The notes beneath the pieces were generated by a model. The model was given only the letters and a program-made list of their open reading frames with translations. It did no database searches and was not told the origin of the DNA. A stretch of DNA of 63,453 nucleotides, counting the filler, from Chiloscyllium plagiosum (Eukaryota): NCBI RefSeq assembly GCF_004010195.1. It is 4 parts of one record of this genome, joined end to end, with 100 filler letters (N's around TTAATTAATTAA, not from the genome) between each part and the next. Parts side by side here need not be neighbours in the genome. Positions count along the whole stretch, not along the records: positions 1 to 27,607 come from NC_057713.1; positions 27,708 to 42,038 come from NC_057713.1; 2 more parts are not named here. One strand, 5' to 3'. Of this stretch, positions 24,226 to 36,400 are shown piece by piece; the first letter of the stretch is position 1; every line of letters starts with the position of its first letter. Made by a program: the position numbers and the translations under genes.

Positions 24226-25362
24226 GAAAATGATGACTTCAACCCGAATCAGCGAAGAAGATGAGAGTGTCCAGAACAACGTGGAATGCACAAATCCTGT
24301 TGTTTCTGGCAGAAGGCCACATAATTGAATCTCTTGTATGAATATTTCAGTGCCTTTGTTCCGTGTGTGTGTATATGTGTTTGTTTTCATCTTTGGCTCC
24401 AACATTGTACCTAGAATAATGGCTTAAAAATCAATCGGAAAATCAACTGGCAGATTGTCTGTTTTTAAGATACAAATTAAGACTCACAAATAAATCCAAT
24501 TTGTAAGCCAATGAACCGGTGTTAAACACTCTGCTCAGTCTGAAAACAGGCCCTCCTGTGAGCTTTGGCTGTACGCTCACTCCCAGCGTCTGTCTGCTTG
24601 CCTCAGGACCATCGCTGATGGAAGACTGGTTCAAAGGTGGAGGTGTGGGTTTGGGGAAGTTGCAGGGGGCAGTGAGTGAGTGCTGTTGAGACAGGACGAC
24701 AAGTTGCACGTTCCCTCCGAGGACTGCTGACTGAACGCTGCCTTCGCTCCCCGTTTCGTGCAAAAAAAAAATATGAAAAGCCGGGAAAACGAAAGCGAAC
24801 AAACTGGGGTTTGTTCAGGGAGAAACATTCACCTGTCACGCATCCTGTCAGGATTTTAAAATTTCAGTTCGTACAGAGAGAAAAAAATAATAACTGACCG
24901 AACTGTCGGCTGAAATGTACAACTGCACCATCTCAAATGATTCTGTGGACCCTGGAGAACCCGGAAACATATCTGAAGCATGTCCTTTCTGTCCTGATTT
25001 TACTGTAGGCTTGAGTGCAAGAGAAATGAGCATGTCCTAGCTGTGGGTTATCAAAATGCTGCTTCACATACCCTTTGAGAAATTCTACCTGTCACGGATC
25101 TGTCAAGAGTTCAGAATTTGCAGTCAGTGTCCTTCATCTCCAGAGACTTGTTGGATTCGAAATTCAGCAGAAGGAAGGGAAGAGGTGGTTGATGGTTAGA
25201 GGCTTGTGTTTGGTGGTTTTTTTTTGTTCTTGTTACACCTGAGGCATCAGCGGAGTTACAAGCTGATATAATGCTGTTGTCACTGTACAATGGAGTGATC
25301 ACGCAGCCACTGATCGAGGAGGGCAAAAGCTGGGGGGAGGGGGGTGGGGGTGGGAGAGTTAC

Positions 25363-25405
25363 CTCGTTTCAGCTGTTCAAAGGCTTGTCTCGTTAGCAGT
25401 GCAGA
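25363..25405 (-). other. Candidate 43-nt exon of an unidentified minus-strand gene
   Basis: Minus strand: cctgccctttttgctgtccctgacag|TCTGCA...AAACGAG|gtaact. Only one frame is open (SALLTRQAFEQLKR). It lies in unique sequence and I recognise no homologue. Confidence 0.3.
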
Positions 25406-25615
25406 CTGTCAGGGACAGCAAAAAGGGCAGGTTTTACCCCTCTCTGTCGGCAAGGTTGCCCACTTCCTGCGCCCTGATATAAATCTGAGCTTATCCAAGA
25501 CTCTGGCTCACCCACATCCCAACTCCCATCCCTCCAGCTCCCAATCCAGCAACACTTCATTTACAATATCCTTAACGACCCCTGGTTTCACCTCTCCCAT
25601 CACCCCTATGGAATT

Positions 25616-25925
25616 TAGATTAGATTAGATTAGATTACATACAGTGTGGAAACAGGCCCTTCGGCCCAACAAGTCCACACCGACCCGCCGAAGCGCAACC
25701 CACCCATACCCCTACATTTACCCCTTACCTAACACTATGAGCAATTTAGCATGGCCAATTCACCTGACCTGCACATCTTTCGACTGTGGGAGGAAACCGG
25801 AGCACCCGGAGGAAACCCACGCAGACCCGGGGAGAATGTGCAAACTCCACACAGTCACCTGAGGCGTATATTGAACCCGGGTCTCTGGCGCTGTGAGGCA
25901 GCAGTGCTAACCACTGTGCCACCCA
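25616..25925 (-). mobile_element. HE1-type SINE
   Basis: (TTAGA)n tail followed by the reverse-complemented HE1 body. Confidence 0.9.
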
Positions 25926-27145
25926 TTTAATCCTGCTAAGTGCGAGATGATGCATTTTGGGAGGTCTAGTAAAGGCAGGATTTCCACAATGAATGGTAAT
26001 TCCCTGGGAATACTGTGGAACATAGGGACATTGGTGTACAAGTCCACAGCTCCCTAAAACTGTCAGCACAAGCATTCTGGATGTTTGCCTTCATTAGGTG
26101 GGAGGGATGTAGAATATAGGAGCAAAGAAATTTTGTTGCCACTTTATAAAACGTTGGTTACACCACAGAGGGAATATTGTCATCGATAGATGTGAGGCTG
26201 GAAAACCACAGCGGTTCAGATAGCACCCAAGGAGCAGGAAAGTCAATGTTACGCTCCTGCTGAAGGGTTTTGGCCAGAAACATTGACCTTCCTGCTCCTC
26301 AGATGCTGTCTGACCTGCCGTGCTCTTCCAGCTTCACATCTATTGACTCTAGCTTCCAGCATCTGCAATCCTTACTGTCTCCAAGAGGGAATACTGTGTG
26401 CAGTTCTGGTCAGCACACTATTGGAAGGATGTGATTGCACTGGAGAGGGAGCAGAGGAGATTCACCAGGATGTTGCCTGGGTTGGAAAGTCTCAGTGATG
26501 AGGACAGACTGGATAGGCTGGGATTGGTTTCCCCAGAGCAGAGGAGGTTGAAGGAGGGTCTGATTGAGGGATACAACATGATGAGAGCCACAGACAGGGT
26601 GGATCATGAGAACCTTGTTCCCCTGGTAAGTGCGGCAAAAGGTGTGGTGTTGGAAAAACACAGCAGGTCAAGCAGCATCCGAGGAGCAGGGACGTTAATG
26701 TTTCAGTCCTGACAAAAGGTTTAGGCCTGAAACATTGACTCTCCTGCTCCTTGGACACCATCTGACTCGCTGTGCTCTTCCAGCCTCACATCTATTGATT
26801 GCCGCTTCCAGCAACTGCAGTCCTCACTGCAGTCCTCTCCCCATGGTAAATGTATCTAAGATGCAGCACAAGGTTACGGTGAGGACTAAGTGGTTTAGGC
26901 AAGATCTGAGGAAAAGATTTTCACTCAGAGGGTGGTAGGAATGTGCAACGTGCTGCTTGAGAGGGTGGTAGAAGCAGGAACTCGGACAACATTTAAGAGT
27001 CATTTGGATCAGCATTTAAAATGCCAGGGTCTAGTAGACAGTGGACCAAGTGCAGGTCAATGGGATTGGTGTAGTTTGGTGTTTGTTGGTCAGTACAGAC
27101 ATGGTGGGCCAAAGGGCTTGTTTCTATGCTGTCTGACTCTATAAC
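25925..27145 (+). mobile_element. CR1-like LINE 3' region with two palindromic family-A inserts (about 26181-26382 and 26632-26835)
   Basis: ORF contains QFWSAHYWKDVIALEREQRRFTRMLPGL. Imperfect TSDs AGAGGGAATA(T/C)TGT and CCC(C/A)TGGTAA flank the inserts. Confidence 0.85.
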
Positions 27146-27271
27146 TCAATGACCAACGCTGGCCTCTGGTGAACCACCTGAACGCTGTCTCTCCATCGTT
27201 GGGGGCAATGCCTTCAGCTGCCTGGGACCCCCAGCTGGAAATCCCACCGCTCTCTTCAAACACCTCCATCT

Positions 27272-27607
27272 AAGGCCCCAAAGGAGCCTTCCACACCCAT
27301 CAAAGTTTCACCTGCACTTCCACACATGTAATTTATTGTACCCGTTGCTCCCAATGCAGTCTCCTCTACATTTGGGAGAGAGGACGCCTATTTGCAGAGC
27401 GCTTCAGAGAACATCTCCAGGACACCCGCGCCGTGGCCAAACACTTCAACTCCCCCTCCTCCTCCACCAAGGACATACAGGTCCTGGGCCTCCTCCATCG
27501 CCACTCCCTCATCACCCGACACCTGGAGGAAGAACACCTCATCTTCCACCTTGGGACCCTCCAACCCCAGGGCATCAATGTGGACTTCACCAGTTTCCTC
27601 ATTTCCC
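27272..27607 (+). mobile_element. Penelope-like element GIY-YIG endonuclease fragment (Neptune-like)
   Basis: FTCTSTHVIYCTRCSQCSLLY...AERFREH...VAKHFN...EEEHLIFHLGTLQPQGINVDF, with frameshifts; truncated by a gap. Confidence 0.85.
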
Positions 27608-27707
27608 NNNNNNNNNNNNNNNNNNNNNNNNNNNNNNNNNNNNNNNNNNNNTTAATTAATTAANNNNNNNNNNNNNNNNNNNNNNNNNNNNNNNNNNNNN
27701 NNNNNNN
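27608..27707. other. Artificial 100-bp scaffold linker (44 N + TTAATTAATTAA + 44 N)
   Basis: Identical structure at 42039-42138 and 54816-54915; the 12-mer encodes stops in all six frames. Confidence 0.95.
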
Positions 27708-28084
27708 GTGGGGGTTTTGGGTGTTGGGAGTTTGGGGGTTTGGTGTTGGGTTTGGGGTGGTGTGGGATTTTGGGGTGGTGTGTGGTTTTGGGGGCTTCGT
27801 GTGGGGATTGGGGGTTGATGGGGAGTTTGGGGTGTTGGGGGTTTGGAGATGGGCATAGGGCACAAAGACAGTGGGAGTGGCGATAGTAACTGGTCACCCA
27901 ACCCATGGTGGTCCTGTGGCCGATGAGTCCAGGATAGCGTGCAGGCTGGGTGATCAGTGAACAGGCCAACCAGAGGAGACAGAGAGTAACCAGCAGCATC
28001 ACAGATTAGTTACAGAGAAGATGGAGGCCGTTGCCTGCACCAGCTCCAATACCGAACGCCAAATTCAATGTCGCTGAAGGTGAC

Positions 28085-28390
28085 TGAGTGGCCGTATTGC
28101 CGGATTGTTAGTCCGGGGACCCTGGGTTCAAATCTGGCCACGGCTGATGGCGAAATTTGATTTCAATAAAAATCTGGAATTAAGAATCTAATGCTGACCA
28201 TGAATCTGTTGCTGATTGTAACTGAAGGCCTCCAGGGAATGAAATTTGCCATCCTCACCTGGTTTGGTCTACACGTGACTCCATACCCACAGCAACGTGG
28301 GTGACTTTTAACTGCCCTCTGGGCAATTAGGGATGGGCAATAAATGCTGGCGCAGCCAGTGATGCCCACATCCCGTTAATGAATGTAAAA
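28085..28390 (+). mobile_element. Meta-like tRNA SINE
   Basis: B-box-like GGTTCAAATCT, core, and tail GGGCAATTAGGGATGGGCAATAAATGCTGG. Confidence 0.75.
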
Positions 28391-29012
28391 CAAATCTCCT
28401 GCCTGCCCTACCCCCATATCCAAATCTTCCAAAGCCTCCCCTTCAAATGCCTCATGAGTGACTGTGACTACATTGGGACCAATGACAGTGGCAGGAAAGG
28501 GGAATGTAATCCTGAATTTAGGAGCTCGGTAGAAATTAGCAAACAGCTCTTTCATATATTGTAATCCATGGATGTGCAATTGAGTACAGGATTGGGGCGA
28601 TAGAGGAGAAGAATGTGTGGCTGGAGAGATGCTCCAGGAGGAAGGATTTCTGATTCATAGAAAACAAAGAGTTTTCTTCAGCACAGAGGCCCTTCGGCCC
28701 GTCATGTCTGCACCAGGCATCAATCTGCCACCTGTTCTAATCCTCTTTTCTAGCACTGGCTCATAGCCTTGTGTGCTATGGCTTTTCAAACCATCTAGAA
28801 ACGTTTGTCTGCTCTACCAGGCTTTCTGGCAGTGAATTACAGACCCCTACAACCCTCTGATGAAGAATGGGAGCAAAGGACTTTGGAACACAAGTAGGCC
28901 ATTCAGCTTTGAGTGTGCCCTCCATACGACCTGCCTGTTTTAAATCCGCTTTCTTGTCTGTCTGCAAGGGTCACAAAGGAGCCTTGTGGGACAACATGAT
29001 AATGCTGTCAAA

Positions 29013-29227
29013 TAGTGTGGTGCTGGAAAAGCACAGCCGTTTAGGCAGCATCTGAGGAGCAGAAGAGTCAACATTTCGAGCATAAGCTCTTCATCACATT
29101 CCTGATGAAGGACTTATGGTCGAAATGTCGACTCTCCTGCACCTCGGATGCTGCCTGACCGGCTGTGCTTTTCCAGCACCACGCTCTTGACTCTGATCTC
29201 CAGCATCTGCAGTCCTCACTTTCTCCA
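29013..29227. mobile_element. Palindromic family-A insertion
   Basis: Arms centred on TTCATCACATTCCTGATGAA. Confidence 0.8.
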
Positions 29228-29644
29228 AGTTGTTCATGATGCTGGGGAGGATTGAAGTAAACTGCGCGGGTCTGTGGGACGAGGAAAGAAATCGAGGGAT
29301 GTGGGGAAAAGGCAGAAAATTGGAGTTGACGTTTTGGAGCTGCAATCTCATTGAATGGCGGAGCAAATTCGATGGGCTGAATGGTCTACTTCTGCTGTTA
29401 TATCTAATGGTCTTAACCAGGAGGTAATATCAGAGAGCTACAGTCCACAGGAAACTCGGAAGGATTGCAGGAGAGTAGGAAACAGCAAGGTGTGAGGTGA
29501 GTTCACTGTAAGAAGTTGACAGTGCACATAGGTGAGCACTAACTGAGATGGTTGAGCCATACAAGAGTCACATTCTGTGGGATTCACATACAGAGGGATT
29601 CTGATGTTGTGGTGATGTTGGAGACCTGGATCAAGGAATTTTTT

Positions 29645-29992
29645 TAGATTAGATTAGATTAGATTCGATTACTTACAGTGTGGAAACAGGCCCTTCGGCC
29701 CAACAAGTCCACACCGCCCCGCCGAAGCGCAACCCACCCATACCCCTACATTTACCCCTTACCTAACACTACGGGCAATTCAGCATGGCCAATTCACCTG
29801 ACCTGCACATCTTTGGACTGTGGGAGGAAACCGGAGCACCCGAGGGAAACCCACGCAGACACAGGGAGAATGTGCAAACTCCACACAGACAGTTGCCTGA
29901 GGCAGGAATTGAACCCGGGTCTCTGGCGCTGTGAGGCAGCAGTGCTGACCACTGTGCCACCGTGCCGCCCATGTGTGCCACCGTGCCGCCCA
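29645..29992 (-). mobile_element. Full-length HE1-type SINE with duplicated 5' 19-mer
   Basis: TGTGCCACCGTGCCGCCCA occurs twice at the 5' end. Confidence 0.9.
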
Positions 29993-30261
29993 CGAATGGC
30001 AGCACTGAGTGTTAGATATTCTTGGGGATACAAGGTGTTAATGAAAGACAGGAAAGAAAGAAAAGAGCAAAGAGCAACATTATTGATGAAGGTGGGTGCT
30101 GGAGAACAAGAGTATCCCAAAGGGGTCAAGGGCAGAATTGACCTGGTGAGAGTTAAGGAGTGAGTAAGTTGCAATTGCTCAGGGTCAACTACAGGCCACC
30201 AACTAGTGGGAAGGACTTTGAGGAACCAATTTGCAAGGTCATTACAGTGAGGTGAAAACAC

Positions 30262-31530
30262 ATTATTTATTCACTCATGGGATGTGGGTATCGTTGGCTG
30301 GGCCCAGTATTTACTGCCCGTCCCTAATTGCCCCTTGAGAAGGTGGGGGTGAGCTGCCTTCTTGAACTGCTGCAGTCCATGTGCTGTAGGTAGACCCACA
30401 ATGCCCTTAGGGAGGGAATTCCAGGATTCTGACCCAGCAACACTGAAGGAACGACAATATGTTTCCAGATCAGGATGGTGAGTGGCTTGGAGGGGAACTT
30501 GCAGGGTGTAGGGTTCCCATGGATCTGCTGCCCTTGTCCTTCCAGATGGAAGTGGTCGTGGGTTTGGAAGGAGCTGTCTGAGGGTCTTTGGTGAATTTCA
30601 GCAGTGCATCTTGCAGGCAGCACACACTGCTGCTACTGAGCGTTGGTGATGGAGGGAGTGAATTTTGTGGATGTGGGCACGCTATTTTGTCCTGGATGGT
30701 GTTGAGCTTCCTGAGTGTTATTGGAGCTGTCCTCATCCAGACAAGTGGGGAGTATTCCATCACACTCCTGACTTGTGCCTTGTAGATGGCGGACAGGTTT
30801 TGGGGAGTCAGGAGGTGAATTAATTACAGCAAGATTCATAGCTTCTGACCTGCTGTTGTAGCCAATGTGTTTAAATGGCGAGTCCAGTTCAGTTTCTAGT
30901 GAATGGTAACCCTCAGGGTTTTGCTAATGGGGACCCAGTGATGGTAACACTGTTGAGTGTCAAGGGGCAGTGATTAGATTGTCTCTAATTGGAAGTGATC
31001 ATTGCCTGGCATTTGTGTGGCACAAATCTTACTTGGTGCTAATCAAGAAGCTGCTGTCCTGGATGGTGTCAAGCTTCCTGAAAGTTGTTGGAGCTACCCA
31101 CATCCAGGCAAGTGGGGAGTATTCCATCACACTCCTGACTCTCGCCTTGTAGATGGTGGGCAGACTTTGGGGAGTCAGGAGGAGAGTTATTCGCTGCAGT
31201 GTTTCTAGCCTCTGACCTGTTCTTGTAGCCATTATGTTTCTGTTTGTTTCGGTCAATGTCAACCCCAGGAGATTAATAGTGGGGGATTCATCAATGGTAG
31301 TATAATTTAATGTCAAGGGGCAGTGGTTAGATTGTCTCTTATTGGTGATGGCCGTAGCCTGGCATTTGTGTGGTGTGAATGTTGCTTGCCACTTGTCAGC
31401 CCAAGCCTGGATATTGCTCAAGTCTTGTTGCATTTGAACATGGACTGCTTCAGTATCTGAGGAGTCGTGAACATTGCTGAACACTGGGCAATCATTGGTG
31501 AACATCCCCACTTCAGACCTTATGATGCAG
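30262..31530 (-). mobile_element. Two tandem fragments of the CR1/L2-group LINE
   Basis: Minus-strand ORFs contain GMFTNDC...QQDLSNIQAWADKWQ...YKARVRSVMEYS. Overlapping LINE regions occur twice, with a junction at about 31030. Confidence 0.9.
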
Positions 31531-32500
31531 GGGCCTTATTGGTTTATGAAGAGGGTTTCACCATACAAATAAGGAGGAACTAGCTTTCCAGTTGCTGGAC
31601 AGTCAGTGCCCAGAGAGACACAGATTAAAATGAATTGGCAAAAGAGCCAAGGAGTGGAGGGGGTGTTGGTGTTGGGAAAACAAAAGATATTTTTCCAGAA
31701 CAGCTCGAGCTGTTGTGATCTGGAATGCGCTGCCTGAAAGGGCGATGAAAGCAGATTCGGCAAGAATTTTCCAAAGGGAATTGTTGAAAGGGGAACAAAA
31801 CTTGTCGGGAAAGGTCAGGGGACAATGGAGCTGTTTCAGGTCTGTCAGGAAGCCAGGAGATGGGACAGACGGAAAAGGTTTCCTTGTGGAACGTACGATT
31901 TGATGAAGCAGTGAGTGAGTGGGGAAAAGAAAACACAGTGAATTCTCTGCCTGTGAGCCCTGGGGCGGGATTTGCCATTGAAAATGTTCAGAGGAGCTAA
32001 TCCAGGGAAAGCTGGGTGAGAGTGGACACACACAGTGCACTGCATTGACTGATAAAGCTCTCTGGAACTGGGGAATATCCAGCTGGACTCAACAAGTAAA
32101 CTGCACAGACTGCAGACTTAAAAAAATAACCTGAATGAGCTACTCCTTTCAGTGTTGACATTGACAATATGTTTTTATGGTAAAACAGCACAGAAAAAAA
32201 AATCAAATCTTTGCTTTTAAGAAATCTGGAAGGTGCGGAGGATGTAGGAATCATTAATTGCCTGCCAGGATTTTTTTTGGCACAGAGTTTTTCCCGACTT
32301 TTCAGAGCGTAACCACACCTCACATTTCCCAGGTTCTGCTGCCAGAACGCATGGCTGACTTCAGTGAGATCACAAACCAACAGAAATTCCTCTGGTACTT
32401 TGTAAATCTGTGCAACATCTGTAAAGGGAAGCTTGCTAGCTTCTCAAGCTGTTCCCAGGAATGTTAGCAACTGCAGCACTGACAAGGTTGGAGCACCAGT

Positions 32501-32689
32501 CAATAGATGTGAAGCTGGATAAGCACAGCAGGTCAGGCAGCATCCGAGGAGCAGGAGAGTTAATTTTTCAGTCCTGCTGAAGGGTTTCAGCCTCTGAAGT
32601 TAATTCTGCTGTCTGACCTGCTGTGTTCTTCCAGTCTCACATCTACTGGCTGTGGCCTCCACCATCCGCAGTCCTTACTGTCTCTGGTA
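32501..32689. mobile_element. Palindromic family-A insertion with 13-bp TSD
   Basis: Exact TSD TTGGAGCACCAGT at 32488-32500 and 32690-32702. Confidence 0.8.
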
Positions 32690-33542
32690 TTGGAGCACCA
32701 GTTCGTTTGGCTTAGCTTGTTTTCCCTCCTCACAATTCGCCCTTTCCGTTAGCTCGGGCTGGCTCAGCCGATTATACAAAAGGACACACTCTAGCTGCAA
32801 AAGGTGCAGATATAGCAGGAGGAAACCAGGAGGTGAGACATCGAGATCGGATATTCCTTCTACTGCGGTGGGGGAGGAGGGGGGGGATAAAAATAATGGC
32901 CTTTGCCTCATAGATTGAAGACGTTTAAGGTGTTAGTGAAGATCCCTAGCTCTGGTTCTGATTGAAGTTGTTGATCTGTTCACCAAACTGGGGATTTTCT
33001 TGCAAATAATTTCTCTCCCTCCTGAGTGACATTGTCAGTGTTGTGCAGTCTCTGGATGAAGAGCTGTTGCTGGGATTCACCCTGTGAATGTATCCTGTTC
33101 TGGTAATTGGCCCTACTTCTGGTTTTGTACTGTAGTGGTCTGTCAATGGGGACCATTTCAACTTGTGGAAAGGCTGACAGACAAGATCTGATAGAGGTTT
33201 TCAAAACCATGAGCGGGTTGAACAGAGCAGACAAGGCGAAGCTGCTCCTGCTTATAAAAAGGCACAATAAGGAGAGGGTGCAGATTTGAAGTGATGTGAG
33301 AAAAATCGTTTCCACCCAGCGAGTTGTTAGTGTCTGGAACACACTGTGGGGGAAGCAGGTTCAACTGAGACAATTCAGGAGGGGTATTGGGAAAGAAATG
33401 TTGAGCAGGGATATGGGGAAAATACAGGAGATTGGTACTAGGGGATAGAAATGGTGTAGGCCACGATGGGCCGAACTGGTCACTTTCTGCACTGTGACAG
33501 CTCGGTGATTCATAATGGTCTTTAAAACATTCTGAAAGATGA

Positions 33543-33668
33543 TGTGGAGGTGCCGGTGTTGGACTGGGGTGGACAGAGTTAAAAGTCACACAATACCAGG
33601 TTACAGTCCAACAGGTTTAATTGGAAGCACTAACTTTCAGAGCGCTGCTCCTTCATCAGGTGGTTGTG
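33543..33668 (-). mobile_element. Family-B pLTR fragment with hammerhead motif
   Basis: Minus strand 33628-33662: CAC-CTGATGA-A-GGAGC-AGC-GCTCT-GAAA-GTTA-GTG (helix I CAC/GTG). TGAAAGATG is repeated at both flanks. Confidence 0.7.
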
Positions 33669-34739
33669 AAAGATGTTTCTGCTGAAGGCACAGAGTGTTG
33701 GAATGAGCAAAACTAGAGGTGGTCACTGTGAGATAGTCAGTGATAAATCCATTGGGGAGCTTGGGAGAAATGGTTTTTCCCAGAGAGTGGGGGGAGTGTG
33801 GAGCTCACTCCCATAGGGAGGGGGTGGGGGGGGGAAGTTTGAGGTGAAGTGAACATTACAGATGCATTAAGAAGAAGTGGATAACGCTGTGAGAGAGAAA
33901 GGATTGTCACCACTGAATGCACAGGGAGTCCACTCTAGATCACAGCTCGCTGCTGAAAACCGTTCTTATTGTACATTTGAGGTCAAATCTAAATTATTCG
34001 CAGCCAGCAAACAGGACTGTCAGGTGAGATGACTCAGCTCAGGCAGCAGCGAGAAATCAAAAGCCCCTGATTGTGCTGGCTTGCCGTGCGTCGGTCTCAC
34101 CTCTGGGTCAGAGCGTTCAAACACCAGCCCAGGATTTCTGAGTGCTCCCCCACCTCCCCCCCCGACCCCTGACAGATGCTGCAGTACTGAGGGAGCACTG
34201 CACTACCGCAGTCACTGCTGCCAGATCCTGGAGCCCGTACCTGTGAAACACACTGGACATTTGAAGGTGCCCCCCATTCCTTCGAAACTGTGCTCGATCA
34301 GGTGACACTGCAGTTTGGCGGGGGAGTCGAATGTTTGATTGCAGAGTTTACACTCATGGTTAAGGCCTTCCTCTGTAACAGTCGGGTGTGGCGGGGGGTG
34401 GAGAAGAAAGAGAAAAGTGCATTATTTTCATAGAAAGTGATGTGCCCCTGTCAAACCCGTCACCATTTCATCCCACTGGGCGCCTGTTCAATCACTCGCT
34501 AAATCACAACAGGTTCATTTTGCACGTTACATTAACCAGCTTTTTTGTACAGACACCCACCGCCACTGTCTGCAGCAACACATCTCCCCCCCTCCTCCCC
34601 TGTATAACACTTCTCCTGACTGTTCCTCCCGATACCCTCAGCAACGTACATCGTGCAGCTGTTCCAAACGCTTCTGTCAAATCACCTCACAGCACCCGAG
34701 TACATGTCTGACCCACGCATTACCAACTAGAAAACCCTT

Positions 34740-35360
34740 GTGTTTATTCACTCGTGGGATGAGGGTGCCACTTGCCAGGCCAGTGATTATCGCCTCTCTC
34801 TAGTTGCCCCTTGAGACGGTGGTAGAAAACAGCTTTCTTGAACCGCTGCAGTCCATGTGCTGTAGTCAGAAGTCACAGGACACCAGATTATGGTCCAACA
34901 GCTTTATTTAAAATCACAAGCTTTTGGAACGCTGCTCCTTCCTCAGGTGACTTCCCCTGAAAAAGGGGCGATGCTCCGAAAGCTTGCGATTTCAAATAAA
35001 CCTGTTGGACTATAATCTGGTGTCATGTGACTTCCGATTTTGTCCACCCTAGTCCAACACCGGCAGCTCCATATCATGCTGAAGGTAGACCTGCCCTTAG
35101 AGAGGGAATTCGAGGATTTTAACCCAGTACTGAAGGGACAGTGGTCAGGATAAGTGAGTGGCACAGAGGGGAACTTGCAGGGGGTGGGGTTCCCATGTAT
35201 CTGCTGCCCATGTCCTTCCAGGTGGTAGTGGTTGTGGGTTTGGAAGGTGCTGAGGATATTTGATGGATTTCTGAAGAGGGTACACACTGCTGTTACTGAG
35301 TGTCGGTGGTGGAGGGAGTGGTTGTTTGTGAATGTGATGCCAATCAAATAGCTGCTTTGT
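34740..35360 (-). mobile_element. LINE 3' end interrupted by a palindromic family-B insertion (34866-35070)
   Basis: Inverted arms GAAGTCACA...CACCAGATTAT and ATAATCTGGTG...TGTGACTTC; the host matches 30262-30660. Confidence 0.75.
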
Positions 35361-35739
35361 AAAGTGACAGAGGTGTTACAGTGCAGAAGCATGCCATCAC
35401 CCCATCATGTCTGCACCAGCTCTCCCAATGAGCATCGAAACTCAGTGCCAATCTTCTGCCTCTTGTCCATATCCCTGCTCACCTCTCTATCCAAATAACC
35501 AACCAATATCCTCTTGAATGCCTCAGTTGAACCTGCCTCCCTGACATTTCCAGGCAGCGAATCCCACACCCTAACTGCTCACGGGGTGAGAAGTCATTTC
35601 TCACATTCCCCTTGCTTCATTTACAAAACACAGTAAATCTATGGCCACTTATTCTTGCGCCTTTTATGAACAGGAACAGTTTTCCTCTATCTAGTCCTCT
35701 GATGATTTTGTTGAGTCAAACAGAGAGACCCGGGGCTTC

Positions 35740-36400
35740 TTTGAAAGCAATATGACAGGTAGACAGGGTGGTCAGGAAGGCGTTTAGAACGGCCCCCCTC
35801 CATCGGTCAGAGCATTGACTATAGGAGTTGGGACGTCATGCTGCAGATGTACTGGACACCAGTGAGACCACCTTTGGAGTACTGCATATAGTTTCGCTTG
35901 CCCTGCAATAGGGAGGATGTTATTAAATGGTAAAGGATGCAGAAAACATTTACCAGGATGTTACTGGGACTGGAGGGTTTGAGTCATAGGGAGAGGCTTG
36001 GACATCTATCCCTAGAGTGTTGGAGGCTGAAGGGTGACCTTACAGAGATTTATAATACCATGAGCGACATTGATAAGGTGCTGAGCCAAGGTCTTTTCCC
36101 TAGGGGGGGAAGAGTTCAAAACTAAAAGACATAAGTTTAAGGTGAGAGGGGGGATAAATTTAAAAGGGGACTTGTGGGGCAACGTTTTCACCCAGAGGAT
36201 GGTGCTTATATGGAACAAACTGCCAGAGGAAGTGGTGGAGGCTGGTACAATTATAACATTTAAAAGGCATCTGGACAGGTACGTGGATAGGAAAGGTTTA
36301 GAGGGATATGGGCCAAAAGCAGGCAAGTGGGACCGGTTTAGTTTAGGAAACCTGGTGGACATGGAGGAGTTGGGCCGAAGGGTCTGTTTCTGTGTGATTT
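35740..36400 (+). mobile_element. CR1/HER1-like LINE 3' region
   Basis: FTRMLLGLEGLSHRERL...LKGDLTEIY and FTQRMVLIWNKLPEEVVEA. Confidence 0.9.

Noticed and set aside
27652..27663. TTAATTAATTAA palindrome inside N runs (also 42083-42094 and 54860-54871)
   Set aside because: Identical 44N-12-44N layout three times; a synthetic scaffolding linker, not biology.
29678..30163. Recurrent ORFs such as 'MWKQALRPNKST...' and 'METGPSAQQVH...'
   Set aside because: Antisense translations of the HE1 SINE, not a gene family.
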